A program made the translations under genes and the position numbers. Source: Lytechinus pictus (Eukaryota). From it: a stretch of 64,000 nucleotides of DNA. Position 1 is the stretch's first letter; the number at the start of each line of letters is the position of its first letter. This document shows positions 1 through 12,790 of the stretch, piece after piece. Location: assembly GCF_037042905.1 (NCBI RefSeq), contig NC_087245.1:34164001-34228000 (forward strand), read 5' to 3'. The notes under the pieces were generated by a model. It did no database searches. It was not told the origin of the DNA and worked only from the letters and a program-made list of their open reading frames with translations.

Positions 1-390
1 AAAATGGCCAAAGCTCATTCACCCTCAATGACCTTTGACCTTGATGATGTAACCTGAAACTCGGCAGGATGTTCAGTAATACTTCATTACCCTTATGCCC
101 AAGTTTCATGAACTAGGTCCACATAGTATTATTTTACTTTCTAAGTTATGATTTCATTTGAAAAACTTCATTGTAATTGACGCCACCGCCGCCGTCGGAA
201 AAGCGGCGCCTTTAGTCTCGCTCTGCTACCCCTATGCCCAAGTTTCATGAACTAGGTCCACATAGTATTATTTTACTTTCTAAGTTATGATTTTATTTGA
301 AAAACTTCATTGTAATTGACGCCGCCGCCGCCGTCGTCGGAAAAGCGGCGCCTTTAGTCTCGCTCTGCTACCCAGGCGAGAAAAAACAAG
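1..390 (+). mobile_element. 3' part of an interspersed repeat (Helitron/Helentron-like non-autonomous element) with an internal ~140 bp tandem duplication
   Basis: TGACCTTTGACCTTG and CCAAGTTTCATGAA motifs; 91-230 repeated at 231-372; ends in a CTCGC...GCGAG hairpin followed by an A-run. Family assignment is from recollection of motif style, not a search. Confidence 0.45.
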
Positions 391-704
391 GATTTAATCG
401 AGTACGATTATCATTACACATTAAATCAGATTAGCTAACGCTTACATAAATTCCAAGAATTACATACTTCTAGTGAGATATTTTTCAAATGCCATTGGAT
501 GATCTTGATGATTGAATTGTAACATCACAAGAGAAAATGAGAAATTAAATGGAAATAAAAGTAGGACATCGTCGTGTTAATGGCTGCTTTAGTTGTGCAA
601 GTGCGTTACCAGATTTTGTGTACCAAGTTAACAACTGAATATTTTTTCCACTGGTAAATATTTCACCTAGGATTCTTTTTTTATCATATGTAAACAATTT
701 TTTT

Positions 705-830
705 TCCGGAAGTCTGTGGGCGCATTAAAATTTCGGCAGAGTTATCTGTATCTCGCACCCGCCTGGCTAGTGACGCCCTTGCACGTAACAGAGTCACCGC
801 GTGAAGGTAGCAGCATGACCCCGGGTTAGT
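705..830. promoter_or_regulatory. Short CpG-rich promoter-like segment
   Basis: ETS-type CCGGAAGT at ~707, locally high CpG in an AT-rich background; no linked gene seen. Confidence 0.25.
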
Positions 831-1175
831 ATAAATAAAAGATGATTACACGTATAACAAAAAGTGAAATAACTAAATTATGCGATGCTTAATATGATTA
901 GTTTAAAATCCCCGTGAATAATGGATGGTGTATGATGATAGGATAAATAATAACAAAGTTCACATACCTGCACAATACATAGGCACAACTAATACAAATA
1001 TACACAAATATAGGAACATATATATATACATAGTCACTTTATTACAGGCCTACATTGAAACACAAAATAGTCATGTAAGCACAAATAGGAACTTAAACAT
1101 GTAGGCACAAAAATAGGCACAATTAGGTAAAAATGTGCACAAACGGGTTAAATTGTGCAAAAACATGGTTTGCTC

Positions 1176-1480
1176 AAAATAACACGAGCAACGAACAAAA
1201 TAAAGATCCATTTAAATGTCTAATAATGATCAAAACGACTCAAAATTCAATCAGATCAGAACAAATCAAAAACAGAAAAGATTTTTGATCGAAATAACAA
1301 GAGCATCAAACAAAATCAAGATCCATTTAAACGTATAGTAATGATCAAAACGAGAAATCAACATCAGAACAAATTAAAAACAGGAAAAACTTTCGATCGA
1401 AATAACAAGAACAACGAACAAAATAAAGATCCAAGTAAATTATGATAATGAAACGAGAAATCAAATCAGAAAAAAAAAAT
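1176..1480. repeat. A-rich tandem repeat, ~110 bp x ~3
   Basis: AAATAAC..GA.CA.C.AACAAAAT.AAGATCCA recurs at ~1176, ~1291 and ~1399. Confidence 0.7.
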
Positions 1481-1523
1481 TAAGAAAAAAACTTAAACAA
1501 AATTATAACCCAGGCCCTAGGTC

Positions 1524-1737
1524 ATATCCAAGGGCGTAGGCTGGTTTGAGCATGGGGAGGTAGAACTGAAGTGGTATTGGGGGTGCATCTTAGGGAGGTG
1601 GAACTACAGTTTGGAAAATCAGCTGTTGAAAGCAGAAGAAGGGGTACAAATTTCGTTTGGCCTGCCAGTGTCGGAACTCCTCTACCTCAGCGGGAGGGTG
1701 CACGTGCACCCAGAGCACCCCCAGTCTACCGGATGTG
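1524..1737. mobile_element. Possible degenerate MITE remnant
   Basis: GC-rich island with imperfect inverted ends (CATATCC..GTAGGCTGG / CCAGTCTACCGGATGTG) and GGGTGCA/TGCACCC motifs; no TSD seen. Confidence 0.3.
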
Positions 1738-2189
1738 ATGCCCAAGCGGTCACCTTCGGTAAATTAGGCCTATAAGGGAAATAATCACTTACAATCTTGA
1801 GCAAAGTCACCGATAAAAATTTCATGGGTTACTTTAAGGGTAGTATAACATCATAACATCACAAGTCTTGAGATTCGCTTTGATTACAGAAAACAAGCGA
1901 TAAACCATAATTATGAATATGTTAAAATGCATCCATAAGGCTGAAGAGTGTGTGATTTATCAGTAGTCATAAAATCAGATAAGTAATGTTAAGGGTCATA
2001 ATGACATTATGTTAAACATACTCTGCTGCAAGATAATTAATGGTTAGTTATTAGTTGCAATTAATTTATTTCCCCCTCCTTTTTTAGAATGGGGGGAATT
2101 TCGCAGAGCTGAAAGCCCACCATTACAACCTGACGTGGCTACCAAGGATTAATAAATGCAGAAATCATGTCGTTATGAACAAACAAGAA

Positions 2190-4800
2190 ACAGAAGACTT
2201 GCCGATAAAGTAAATAAGATTAATTATTCAGTGAAGGAAGCATGTCAATCAAGGCCTCTTATTCTGAAAGACCGCCAATAAATCTGAAATGGTTATCCTG
2301 GCTGAATAGCTGTCGTGTTCAATATCACGATAACGCATCCAACCTAAAAAAAGAAAAGAAATCTATTAGAAGTTACCTGAAACGGAATTGAACTTGATTG
2401 CTGATAACAACCAATTAACATGCATTTTCTTAAATGGGATTCACTCTATTATGGGGTGTTTGAAGAAACCTGCAATTATAGGTCCAAAGATCGATTTAAA
2501 TTCATTCATTATATTGGTAATTTACAATTGATTGATAGTCTGCTTCAACCATTCTGCCTTTGAGAAAGAACGAAGGGGGAAAAAAGTTTAATAGCTGGGC
2601 AGCCGGCTCGACACCACATATATACGCTGGATTGGCTATGGCTAGGACGAAAGAGACAGGGGGTTAAGGAATATTATAACATAATTAAAAGGGCTAAAAA
2701 TGGAAGACCGCCAATAAGTGCTGACGCGGCTATGTGTAAGTTCTGGTGTGTTAATCAGTTAATGGTAACGATATCGAAGACGATGAAGAAAAAAAAACAC
2801 TGTTAAAAGGTAAGGTGGCCATCCCCTGGACAAATAAATAAGAGTTATTTCAAGAGTATGGTAATATCATATTAATTATATAAGCAGGAAAGCTGGAAAC
2901 CACCGATACTAGATGAGGTGGTTGTTCTTGGCAAATAAGAGTCATCATCAATTAATGTTACAATTGAATCAAGCATGATAAGAGAATAAAGATGTGATAC
3001 AAATTTCGAAAAGCTGCAAGTTACGAAAAGTATAATACCAAGGATAAAAAACGCATAACTTGATAAAGATACGTAAAATATAGGATTTGAAATTAAATTG
3101 GAAAGTACAATTTTCCCTTCTTACTTTCAGCCGCAATGCTTTTCTAAAATATAAGAAAGAAACAATAACATATTTCATAGTATGGCCGCTGGAAGACCGC
3201 AACTAAACGTCGAAGTTTACACACTGGGAAATAAATGTATTTATTAAAAGGTTATACCATACACCTGATCAAGGCCTGTAGATGCTAATAAAAGCTGAAA
3301 TAGCTAACCTAAGAAACTGAAAGTCATTACTAATTTTAGCAGGATCAATAGAAGAGCGACAACATCGGCAGAAGTGAATTCAATCCCTTCTCATATTCAA
3401 GTAAGCCCTAAGGTATCTGTTTTTCAAAGACAAAAAATGTATTATCAGATTCATAGATATCTTTCTGGCTCTCTCTCTATCCCATCCGGTTTAGATGTGG
3501 TGTGTGGTTGTTTTGGGGTGTTTTTTTTTTTTTGGGGGGGGGTAACCTATAACCGTGATTTGATGTTTTTTAATGTTCAAGTACTTTTTTCGGTAATAGG
3601 TTGGCCTGTCACAAGCTGTCTTCCTTTTTTGGCTATTTCCCTCATCATTTTCTACAACTTATTTGATGTACATTGTTATTCATTGTCTATTTTATGTATG
3701 CTGCATTTTATCTGATCTCTTGTGGAGAAATAAACCAAGATTGAAACTTGAAGTGGTTTCCCTTGGAATAAAATATTCATGTTAAAAACATATCAAGCTT
3801 GAAAAGAGAGTATATTAGAAGTTATACACAGTCATGAGCTCACAATACATGCCAAGAATAAATAACAATAGTTTGATAAAGATATAAATGTATAATTAAA
3901 AGTACATTTCAAAAAGCTTTCCAGCCGTTTTTTTTTAAGAAACGAAACAATATCATAGTACGTGAATATGACCGCTGACCTAAAAAAAACCTTGAAGTTA
4001 GTAGTAATACACGAAAAAACATTCAATATGAAGGATCGTTCACCATATTCAGCAATGCCTCTTGAAGGCGCCAATAAACGCTGAAATGGCTACCTAAGAA
4101 AACAAATCATTAATAATTTTAGCACTTAGCTGGACCAACAGAAGATGCCAATATTAGCTGGAGTCGTTTCTCTCGGTAACAAGAAGAAAACAAATCATTG
4201 TTCATATCATAATCAAAATGAACCTGGACAGGAAAGAGAAAAACATATATCAGAAGTTTGGGAAAACGGAAAAATACAGTTGATTTCATAATTTACCAAT
4301 TATAAATTTCGTCAAGTACATATTGGACTTATGTTTTCGTATCATCCGATATGCTTCTGATGAGATAAGGAAATGAAAACATACCTTGTTAACTGAGCAC
4401 AGTGCATGGTTAAGGTTTATTTGTAAGGCTTTAAAGAAAATCTTACCAACGTTAATAGGGTGAAGACCGCCAACATCACTTGATACGCTTTGCTCTGTTA
4501 AAAAAATGAAGATTATTCATATTGTTATCAAAATGCATCCTGGCGCTGGGATACTGCCAATAGAAACCAAGTGGCTACTTTGAGTAAATATGATTTATTA
4601 GTAGTGTATAACAATATTATAATTACGACATGATTATGTCAACTTTGGTCCGCTGGGAGCTGTTTGCCTCTTTGGGTAACGTAATTTAGAGTCGTCAGCA
4701 ATTGGTATCATATTTTTTTATTGAACACGTACTACTCTCGTAGAAGACTGCCGATAAATGCTGACGCGAAGTGGCTAATCTGAGAAGATAAGAATGATTA
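2190..4800 (-). repeat. Ancient degenerate ~70-95 bp repeat (core GAAGAC[CT]GCCAATAAATGCTGAAGTGGCTA on + strand), unit 1; homologous tracts at ~14850-17260, 24530-26750, 34780-36960, 43810-46430, 53760-56210
   Basis: Core recognisable near 2266, 2702, 2894, 3191, 4064, 4141, 4462, 4743; minus strand reads ATSAFIG[GS]LP-like. Confidence 0.65.
3380..3752 (+). mobile_element. Probable 3' UTR fragment of a non-LTR retrotransposon
   Basis: T-rich segment absent from the homologous region of units 2-6, ending in AATAAA followed by ATTGAAACTTGAA. Confidence 0.35.
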
Positions 4801-5444
4801 TTATTAACATTGTATTTGATCTTATCCAGCCTACAAAGAAAAAATATATACCACATAGATTTATTAACTCAGCCCTTGAAATCATATTCAATATTCGTTT
4901 CTATACGCCAGTGTTCTCTCCGGGTCATCGTTCAGCAATTCCTTTGTCACAAGATCTCTCCTGAATACATGGAATGGAAATGAAATATCGCTAAGCTGCC
5001 ATTAAATAACGACGAGAAAATTATACTTTCCAATTTGTTTTTACAATTTGCTCGATAAGTTTTAGGCATTAGCCAGTTTTATGGCAATAGATATAACTTT
5101 TTTTCGAAATCATGGGGTAAATTTAGATAATTGTCACATTATATCAATGATAATGATCAGACGTTTCATAATATTTTTAATTCTCGGCATACATTCAAGT
5201 TTATTTGTAACTTTTATTGATATTATATTTTCATCATGCGTATTGATACTGATTGATTTGATAAGATAAATAATGAGGTCGAAATGGCAGCATGGCTTTT
5301 AACCCGAAAAAAAAACAACGAGATGATATATCATTCAAAATGATTACTTACCTTTACATAGACGAAGGGTGAAATAACCAACACAAGCATCGAAACTTAT
5401 CAACGGTGAGATGTTGAGTATCTATGATCATGGTGAAAGCAAAA

Positions 5445-8400
5445 TTAGTTGTTCTCTGATGGAAGGGTATTGGAGCTAGTTTTAGATGGAAGGAGAGGGT
5501 GCTCTCTGATAAAAGGGTGACGAAGCTAGCGGTAAAAGGAAGGGGACTATCCGATGAACGGGTGACGAGGCTCGTAGTATGTGAAAGGAGACTAGTTGTT
5601 CTCTGATAAAAGGGTGAGGAAGCTCGTGGTGAAAGGAAAGAGACTAGTTGCGCTCTGATGAGAGGTTGACGAAGCGAGTGGTAGATGGATGGAGTCTAGT
5701 TCCTCTCTGATGAAAGGGTGACGAAGCTAGTGGTAGATGAAGGCAACTAGTTGCTCTATGGAGAAAGGGTGACGAAGCTAGTGGAAGATAGAAGGAGACT
5801 AGTTGCTCTTTGATGAAAGGGCGACGAAGCAAGTGGTAGAAGAAAGGAAACTAGTTGCTCTATGTAGAAAGGGTGACGAAGCTAGTGGAAGATAGAAGGA
5901 GGCTAGTTGCTCTTTGATGAAATGGTGACGAAGCAAGTGGTAGAAGGAATGAAACTAGTTGCTCTCTGGTGAAAGGGTGACGAAGCAAGTGGTAGATGAA
6001 GGAAACTAGTTGCTCTCTGGTGAAAGGGTGACGAAGCTAGTGGTAGTTGAAGGAGACTAGTTGCTCTCTGATGAAAGGGTGAGAAAGCTAGTGGTAGATG
6101 GAAGGAAACTAGTTGCTCTCTGGTGAAAGGGTGACGAAGCAAGTGGTAGATGGAAGGAGACTAGTTGTTCTCTGATGAAGGGGTGACGAAGCTAGTGGTA
6201 GATGAAGGGAACTAGTTGCGCTCTGATGACAGGAAGACGAAGCTAGTGGAAGATGGAAGGAGACTAGTTGTTCTCTGATGAAAGGGTGACGAAGCGAGTG
6301 GTAGATGGATGGAGTCTAGTTCCTCTCTGGTGAAAGGGTGACGAAGCAAGTGGTAGATGAAGGAAACTAGTTGCTCTCTGGTGAAAGGGTGACGAAGCTA
6401 GTGGTAGTTGAAGGAGACTAGTTGCTCTCTGATGAAAGGGTGACAAAGCTAGTGGTAGATGGAAGGAAACTAGTTGCTCTCTGGTGAAAGGGTGACGAAG
6501 CAAGTGGAAGATGGAAGGAGACTGCTCTCTGATGGGATGGTGACGAAGCTAGTAGTAGATAAGGAAACTAGTTGTTCTCTGATGAAAGGGTCACGAAGCT
6601 TGTGGTAGATGGAAGGAGACTAGTTGCTCTCTGATGAAGGGGTGACGAAGCTAGTGGTAGATGAAGAAAACTAGTTGCTCTCTGGTGAAAGGGAGACGAA
6701 GCTAGTGGCAGATTGAAGAACACTTGTTGCTCTCTAATAAAAGGGTGACGAGGCTCTTGGTGAAAGGAAAGAGACTAGTTGCGCTCTGATGAAAGGGTGA
6801 CGAAGCTAGTAAAAGATGGAAGGAGACTGGTTGCTCTCTGATGAAAGGGTGACGAAGCTAGTGGTAGATGAAGGAAACTGCTCTCTGACGAAAGGTTCAC
6901 AAAGCTAGTGGTAGAAGGAAGGAGACTGCTTTCTAATAAAAGGGTGACGAAGCTAGTGGTAGATCAAGGAATCTAGTTGCTTTCTGGTGAAAGGGAGACA
7001 AAGCTAGTGGCAGATTGAAGAACACTTGTTGCTCTCAAATGAAAGGGTGACGAGGCTCTTGGGAAAAAGAGAGAGACTAGTTGCGCTCTGATGAAATGGT
7101 GATTAATCTGGTGGTAAATGGAAGTAGACTGCTCTCTGATGAACAGGTGAAGAAGCTAGTGGTAAAAGGAAGGAGACTATCTGATGAAAGGATGACGAAG
7201 CTAGTAGTAGATAAGGAGACTAGTTGCTCTCTGATGAACGGGTGACGAAGCTAATGGAAGATGGAAGGAAACTAGTTGCTCTCTAATGAAAGGGTTACAA
7301 GGCTCTTGGTGAAAGGAAAGAGACTAGTTGCGCTCTGATGAAAGGGTGACGAAGCTAGTAAAAGATGGACGGAGACTGGTTGCTCTCTGATGAAAGGGTG
7401 ACAAAGCTAGTGGTAGATGGAAGGAAACTAGTTGCTCTCTGGTGAAAGGGTGACGAAGCAAGTGGAAGATGGAAGGAGACTGCTCTCTGATGGGATGGTG
7501 ACGAAGCTAGTAGTAGATAAGGAAAGTAGTTGTTCTCTGATGAAAGGGTCACGAAGCTTGTGGTAGATGGAAGGAGACTAGTTGCTCTCTGATGAAGGGG
7601 TGACGAAGCTAGTGGTAGATGAAGGAAACTAGTTGCTCTCTGGTGAAAGGGAGACGAAGCTAGTGGCAGATTTAAGAACACTTGTTGCTCTCTAATGAAA
7701 GGGTGACGAGGCTCTTGGTGAAAGGAAAGAGACTAGTTGCGCTCTGATGAAAGGAAGACGAAGCTAGTAGAAGATGGAAGGAGACTAGTTGCTCTCTGAT
7801 GAAAGGGTGACGAAGCTAGTAGAAGATGGAAGGAGACTAGTTGCTCTCTGGTGAAAGGGTGACGAAGCTAATGGTAGGTGAAGGAGACTACTTACTCTCT
7901 GGCGAAAGGAAGACGAAGCTAGTGGTAGATCAAGGAAACTAGTTGCTTTCTGGTGAAAGGGAGACGAAGCTAGTGGTAGATCAAGGAAACTAGTTGCTTT
8001 CTGGTGAAAGGGTCACGAAGCTTGTGGTAGATGGAAGGAGACCAGTTGCTCTCTGATGAAGGGGTGACGAAGCTAGTGGTAGATGAAGGAAACTAGTTGC
8101 TCTCTGGTGAAAGGGAGACGAAGCTAGTGGCAGATTTAAGAACACTTGTTGCTGTCTAATGAAAGGGTGACGAGGCTCTTGGTGAAAGGAAAGAGACTAG
8201 TTGCGCTCTGATGAAAGGAAGACGAAGCTAGTAGAAGATGGAAGGAGACTAGTTGCTCTCTGATGAAAGGGTGACGAAGCTAGTAGAAGATGGAAGGAGA
8301 CCAGTTGCTCTCTGGTGAAAGGGTGATGAAGCTAGTGGTAGATGAAGGAGACTACTTACTCTCTGGTGAAAGAAAGACGAAGCTAGTGGTAGATCAAGGA

Positions 8401-10022
8401 AACTAGTTGCTTTCTGGTGAAAGGAAGACGAAGCTAGTGGTAGATCAAGGAAACTAGTTGCTTTCTGGTGAAAGGGAGACAAAGCTAGTGGCAGATTGAA
8501 GAACACTTGTTGCTCTCCAATGAAAGGGTGACGAGGCTCTTGGGAAAAGGAGAGAGACTAGTTGCGCTCTGATGAAATGGTGATGAATCTGGTGGTAAAT
8601 GGAAGTAGACTGCTCTCTGATGAACAGGTGAAGAAGCTAGTGGTAGAAGGAAGGAGGCTATCTGATGAAAGGATGACGAAGCTAGTAGTAGATAAGGAGA
8701 CTAGTTGCTCTCTGATGAACGGGTGACGAAGCTCATGGAAGATGGATGGAAACTAGTTGCTCTCTAATGAAAGGGTTACAAGGCTCTTGGTGAAAGGAAA
8801 GAGACTAGTTGCGCTCTGATGAAAGGGTGACGAAGCTAGTAGAAGATGGAAGGAGACTAGTTGCTCTCTGATGAAAGGGTGACGAAGCAAGTGGAAGATA
8901 GAAGGAGACTGCTCTCTGATGAAAGGGTCACGAAGCTAGTGGTAGAAGGAAGGAGACTGCTTTCTAATAAAAGGGTGACGAAGCTAGTGGAAGATGGAAG
9001 GAGACTAGTTGTTCTCTGATGAAAGGGCGACGAAGCAAGTGGTAGATGAAGGAAATTAGTTGCTCTATGGTGAAAGGGTGGCGAAGCTAGTGGAAGATAG
9101 GAGACTTGTTGCTCTCTGATGAAAGGATGACAAAGCTAGTGGTAGAAGGAAGAAGGCTATCTGATGAAAGGGTGACGAAGCTAAAAGTAGATGGAAGATG
9201 ACTAGTTGCACTCTGATGAAAGTGTGACGAAGCTAGTGGAAGATAGACGAAGACTAGTTGTTCTCTGATGAAAGGGTGACGAAGCAAGTGGTAGATGAAG
9301 GAAACTAGTTGCTCTATGGTGAAAGGGTGACGAAGCTAGTGGAAGATAGAAGGAGACTAGTTGCTCTCTGATGAAATGGTGACAAAGCTAGTGGTAGAAG
9401 GAAGGAGACTGTTCTCTGATGGGATGGTGACGAATCTAGCGGTAGATGAAGGAAACTAGTTGCTCTCTGGTGAAAAGGTGACGAAGCTAGTGGAAGATGG
9501 AAGGATATTAATTTCTCTCTAATGAAAGAATGGCAAAGCTAGTGGTAGAAGGAGGAAGGCTATTTGATAAAAGGGAGACGAAGCTATTGACAGATAGAAG
9601 AACGCTTGTTACCTTGTTGCTCTCTGATGAAAGGGCGTTGATGTTGGTGGTAGTTGAAAGGAGACAAATTGCTCTTTGATGGGATGGTGACGAAGCTAGT
9701 AGTAGATGGAAGGAAACTAGTTGCTCTCTGATGAAAGGGTGACGAAGCTTGTGGTGGATGGAAGAGACTAGTTGCTCTCTGGTGAAAGGGTGACGAAGCT
9801 TGTGGTGGATGGAAGAGACTAGTTGCTCTCTGGTGAAAGGGTGACGAAGTAAGTGGTAGATGGAGAACGACTAGTTGCTCTTTAAAAAAACTATTACGAA
9901 ATTAGTAGAAGATGGAAGGAGACTAGTTGCTCTCTGATGAAAATGTGGCGAAGCTAATGATAGATAGGGTAAACTGCTCTCTGATGGAAGGGTGACGAAG
10001 CTATTGGTAGAAGGAAGGAGGC
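5445..10022. repeat. Minisatellite array 1 (~4.6 kb; 45/48/51/52 bp monomers)
   Basis: 52-bp consensus GAGACTAGTTGCTCTCTGATGAAAGGGTGACGAAGCTAGTGGTAGATGGAAG repeated in tandem. Confidence 0.97.
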
Positions 10023-12044
10023 TTTATTGCAGGAAATCTGTGAAATAAAATACATATTATATATATATCCTTGCTCTCAAAGCATCTATCATTACAAGTA
10101 AAACTCTAGAAATATTACTTTTGCAGTCCGGTACATATCTTCGCTACTAGATATCAATATACAGTAGTAAACCCCACAATCATCAATAACCTACCAGAAT
10201 ACTACATGTATACAACTGGTTTATTATATTTAATTCTTTTCCTCATTAAGGATGTAATTGAATGTTCAGTTACATTAAACCTCGTTGGTTGTATGAGATC
10301 GTTCGATAATGATGTAAAATTGCTGTTTTTCCACGGAATAAAAATACTCTCGCAGAGCTGGATATAATTTCCAATTAAGATTTTTTTTCTAGTCGACTTG
10401 GTTGTAGAAGCTTCTCTTCAAAGCTATGTCCAGATGTATTGTCATTCCAGCCAGACCTGTAACATAAACAAGAAATTTATATTAAAATATAGTTTGGTTC
10501 TGACTGTTTTGGCATTTAATATATAAAACATGCACCATGCAGATCTAGAATGAAAAAAAAACACATGAAGGAATGTTATCACTTGATATTGATCATCCTG
10601 TTTGTTGGTATTTATATTTATGACCTAGATCTATCAATAGAAAATATTAAACAAATGTTGTTGCTAGTTTGATTATGATCATCGATGTTAGCCTCAGTAT
10701 ATACATTACTTGTCTAAAGTCCCTTCCATGTATCTCTAAAATTCACGGCAACTTTACTCAAACCTATGTCTCCACCACTTTATTAAGTCAAAAGTGCATA
10801 GATATGTGGTTCTGTAATAAAATGTCAAACCAAAATTACGAAATTTGAATAACAGCAATGTTAATAACGAATGGTTAGATATAGACTTACACCAGCAATT
10901 GGTTTGTATATATACATAATTTGTCAAAAGAGTTCAAATGAAATAAAGCTTACTGTAATAATTCAGACGAACGAGACGATTATCTTGTGCACAATTATTG
11001 ATCAGAATGGCTCAACGCAAAACGGATGATCGTACGAGAGACTCAACAAATGATCGTACATGAGACTCGACGAATGAACGAGTGGCTGAACAATACTTTT
11101 TTAGTATAGCCTATGTATTAACAGTTAAGTTTTTCGCTAGCTGAAAGCATAACGTCAGACGGCAAAAAGCTGAACGATTATAAATAACGCGCAACCTCAA
11201 CTTTTTTTTTCAAAACAGGTCGTACTATCAAAGCCACGTTGACATTAAGACACCTTTGGATGAAACTGCATCAATCTTTTCGAGATTATATCTATCCCAG
11301 CAAGTTTTAGTCAGGAACCCATTGGGGCCTAGTTGTATGATTTTTTCCCCTACAAAACCTGGAACTTCGCCTGACAAACCAGCTCGATAAAATTCATTGA
11401 TTCATTAAAATCATGAATCATATATTTTTCTCCAGGCAAAAAACTCCTGAAAAACTTTGATCAATTTACATGACTTTGCTAAGGTTGACATGGAGACGAA
11501 ATGATTAAAATGAATGATTTTTTTTTTACTGTCCAAAAGCCTCCTGGCTAGTGCTGAACATATATTTGTGTTATTCCATACCCGAACATAAAAATCAAAA
11601 ATCATATTAATAAAATTGCTCGGTTATGATAACATAAACATAAAAAATCATATTGAAAAAATTGCTCGGTTATGATAATGGTTTCTAAGTGTGATATACA
11701 TGTATGAATTATGCATTATATCTAGAATATAAAAAAATCTTTTTCATTTTAAAAAGAACATTATTATCGCTATTATAACCACCATCATCGCCATGTGGTA
11801 AACATTTTGGGGATTATTTATTCACTTATGTTTTATCTAGATCTACAAACGGAAAGAAAGTTAGGCCTAAGTATATGCCATGTATTCTGCTACTGTAACC
11901 ATTAGTGCCTTTGTATGCGCGTATGGCCCTTTCCCTTCTATAATCCACGATTCTTTGAGCAACAACCATGGTAGGGTACAGTATTATTTTACGTATATAA
12001 CAAAAATATAAAACAGGTTTTCAGTTTTGTCAACATAACAATAC

Positions 12045-12790
12045 TATTCTTCCATGAGGTCATAATTGGCTACGATTTCTAGATCTATTACTACATGTGC
12101 GTGGGACTGTTGTTATAAGTTCTATCGAACAAGAATGGTACATACAAAATCTGAACATATCAAGACGGGATCTACATTGAGGAAGAATTGTAATTTAAAA
12201 TTATTATTGTCCTTGTCCACATATTGACTTTGAATAGGTCTATTGCTTTTTGTCAGAATACCGATCATGTTAGACCTAAATATTTATGAACCACCCAATC
12301 TTACTCACACTTACTTACTATTACCATGGGGAAAAACATTTCCACGGGGTTTGGAATTCTGATAGGGGACCGTGCACTGAACAATAATATTTTCCTTGTA
12401 AGTAAAGTAGAAGAATACTTCCATGAGGTCCATATTGGTAACGATTTCTAGATATATTTCTACATGTGCGTGGGACTGTTGTTATAATTTCCATCGAACA
12501 AGAATTACGAGAATGGCACATAAAAATCTGAGCATATTAAGACGAGATCTACATCGAGGAAGAATTGTAATTCAAAATTATTATTGTCATTGTCCACATA
12601 TTGACTTTGAATATTGACTCTTTGTCAGAATACCGATCATGTTAGACCTAAATATTCATGAACCAATCTCACTCACACTTGACTTAATATTGAGGATTAC
12701 CATGGGGAGATAATTCCCCACGGGGTTTAGAACTCTGTTATGGAACTGTGCACTGAGCCATACTATTTTCTTTACGATAAGTAATGTAGA
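12045..12790. repeat. ~370 bp tandem duplication unique to unit 1
   Basis: TTCCATGAGGTC...TTGACTTTGAAT...TTACCATGGGG occurs at ~12050 and ~12419; single in the other units. Confidence 0.85.

Noticed and set aside
2969..5269. Short hydrophobic ORFs (e.g. 3374-3715, 5081-5269, 17404-17724) as membrane proteins
   Set aside because: Typical translations of AT/T-rich DNA; frames are not preserved among paralogous units.
5640..6200. Tandem C/D-box snoRNAs (TGATGA / CTGA)
   Set aside because: C and D motifs overlap in one CTGATGA, spacing is too short, and no guide sequence or terminal stem is evident.
5644..9287. Many 60-160 aa ORFs in the arrays (LPLASSPFHQRATS..., also in arrays 2-6)
   Set aside because: By-products of the repeat; mostly non-ATG starts, frame changes at nearly every 52-mer, no conserved boundaries.
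5445..10022. CRISPR array
   Set aside because: Monomers are repeated over their whole length with no unique spacers, no cas genes, and the context is eukaryotic.
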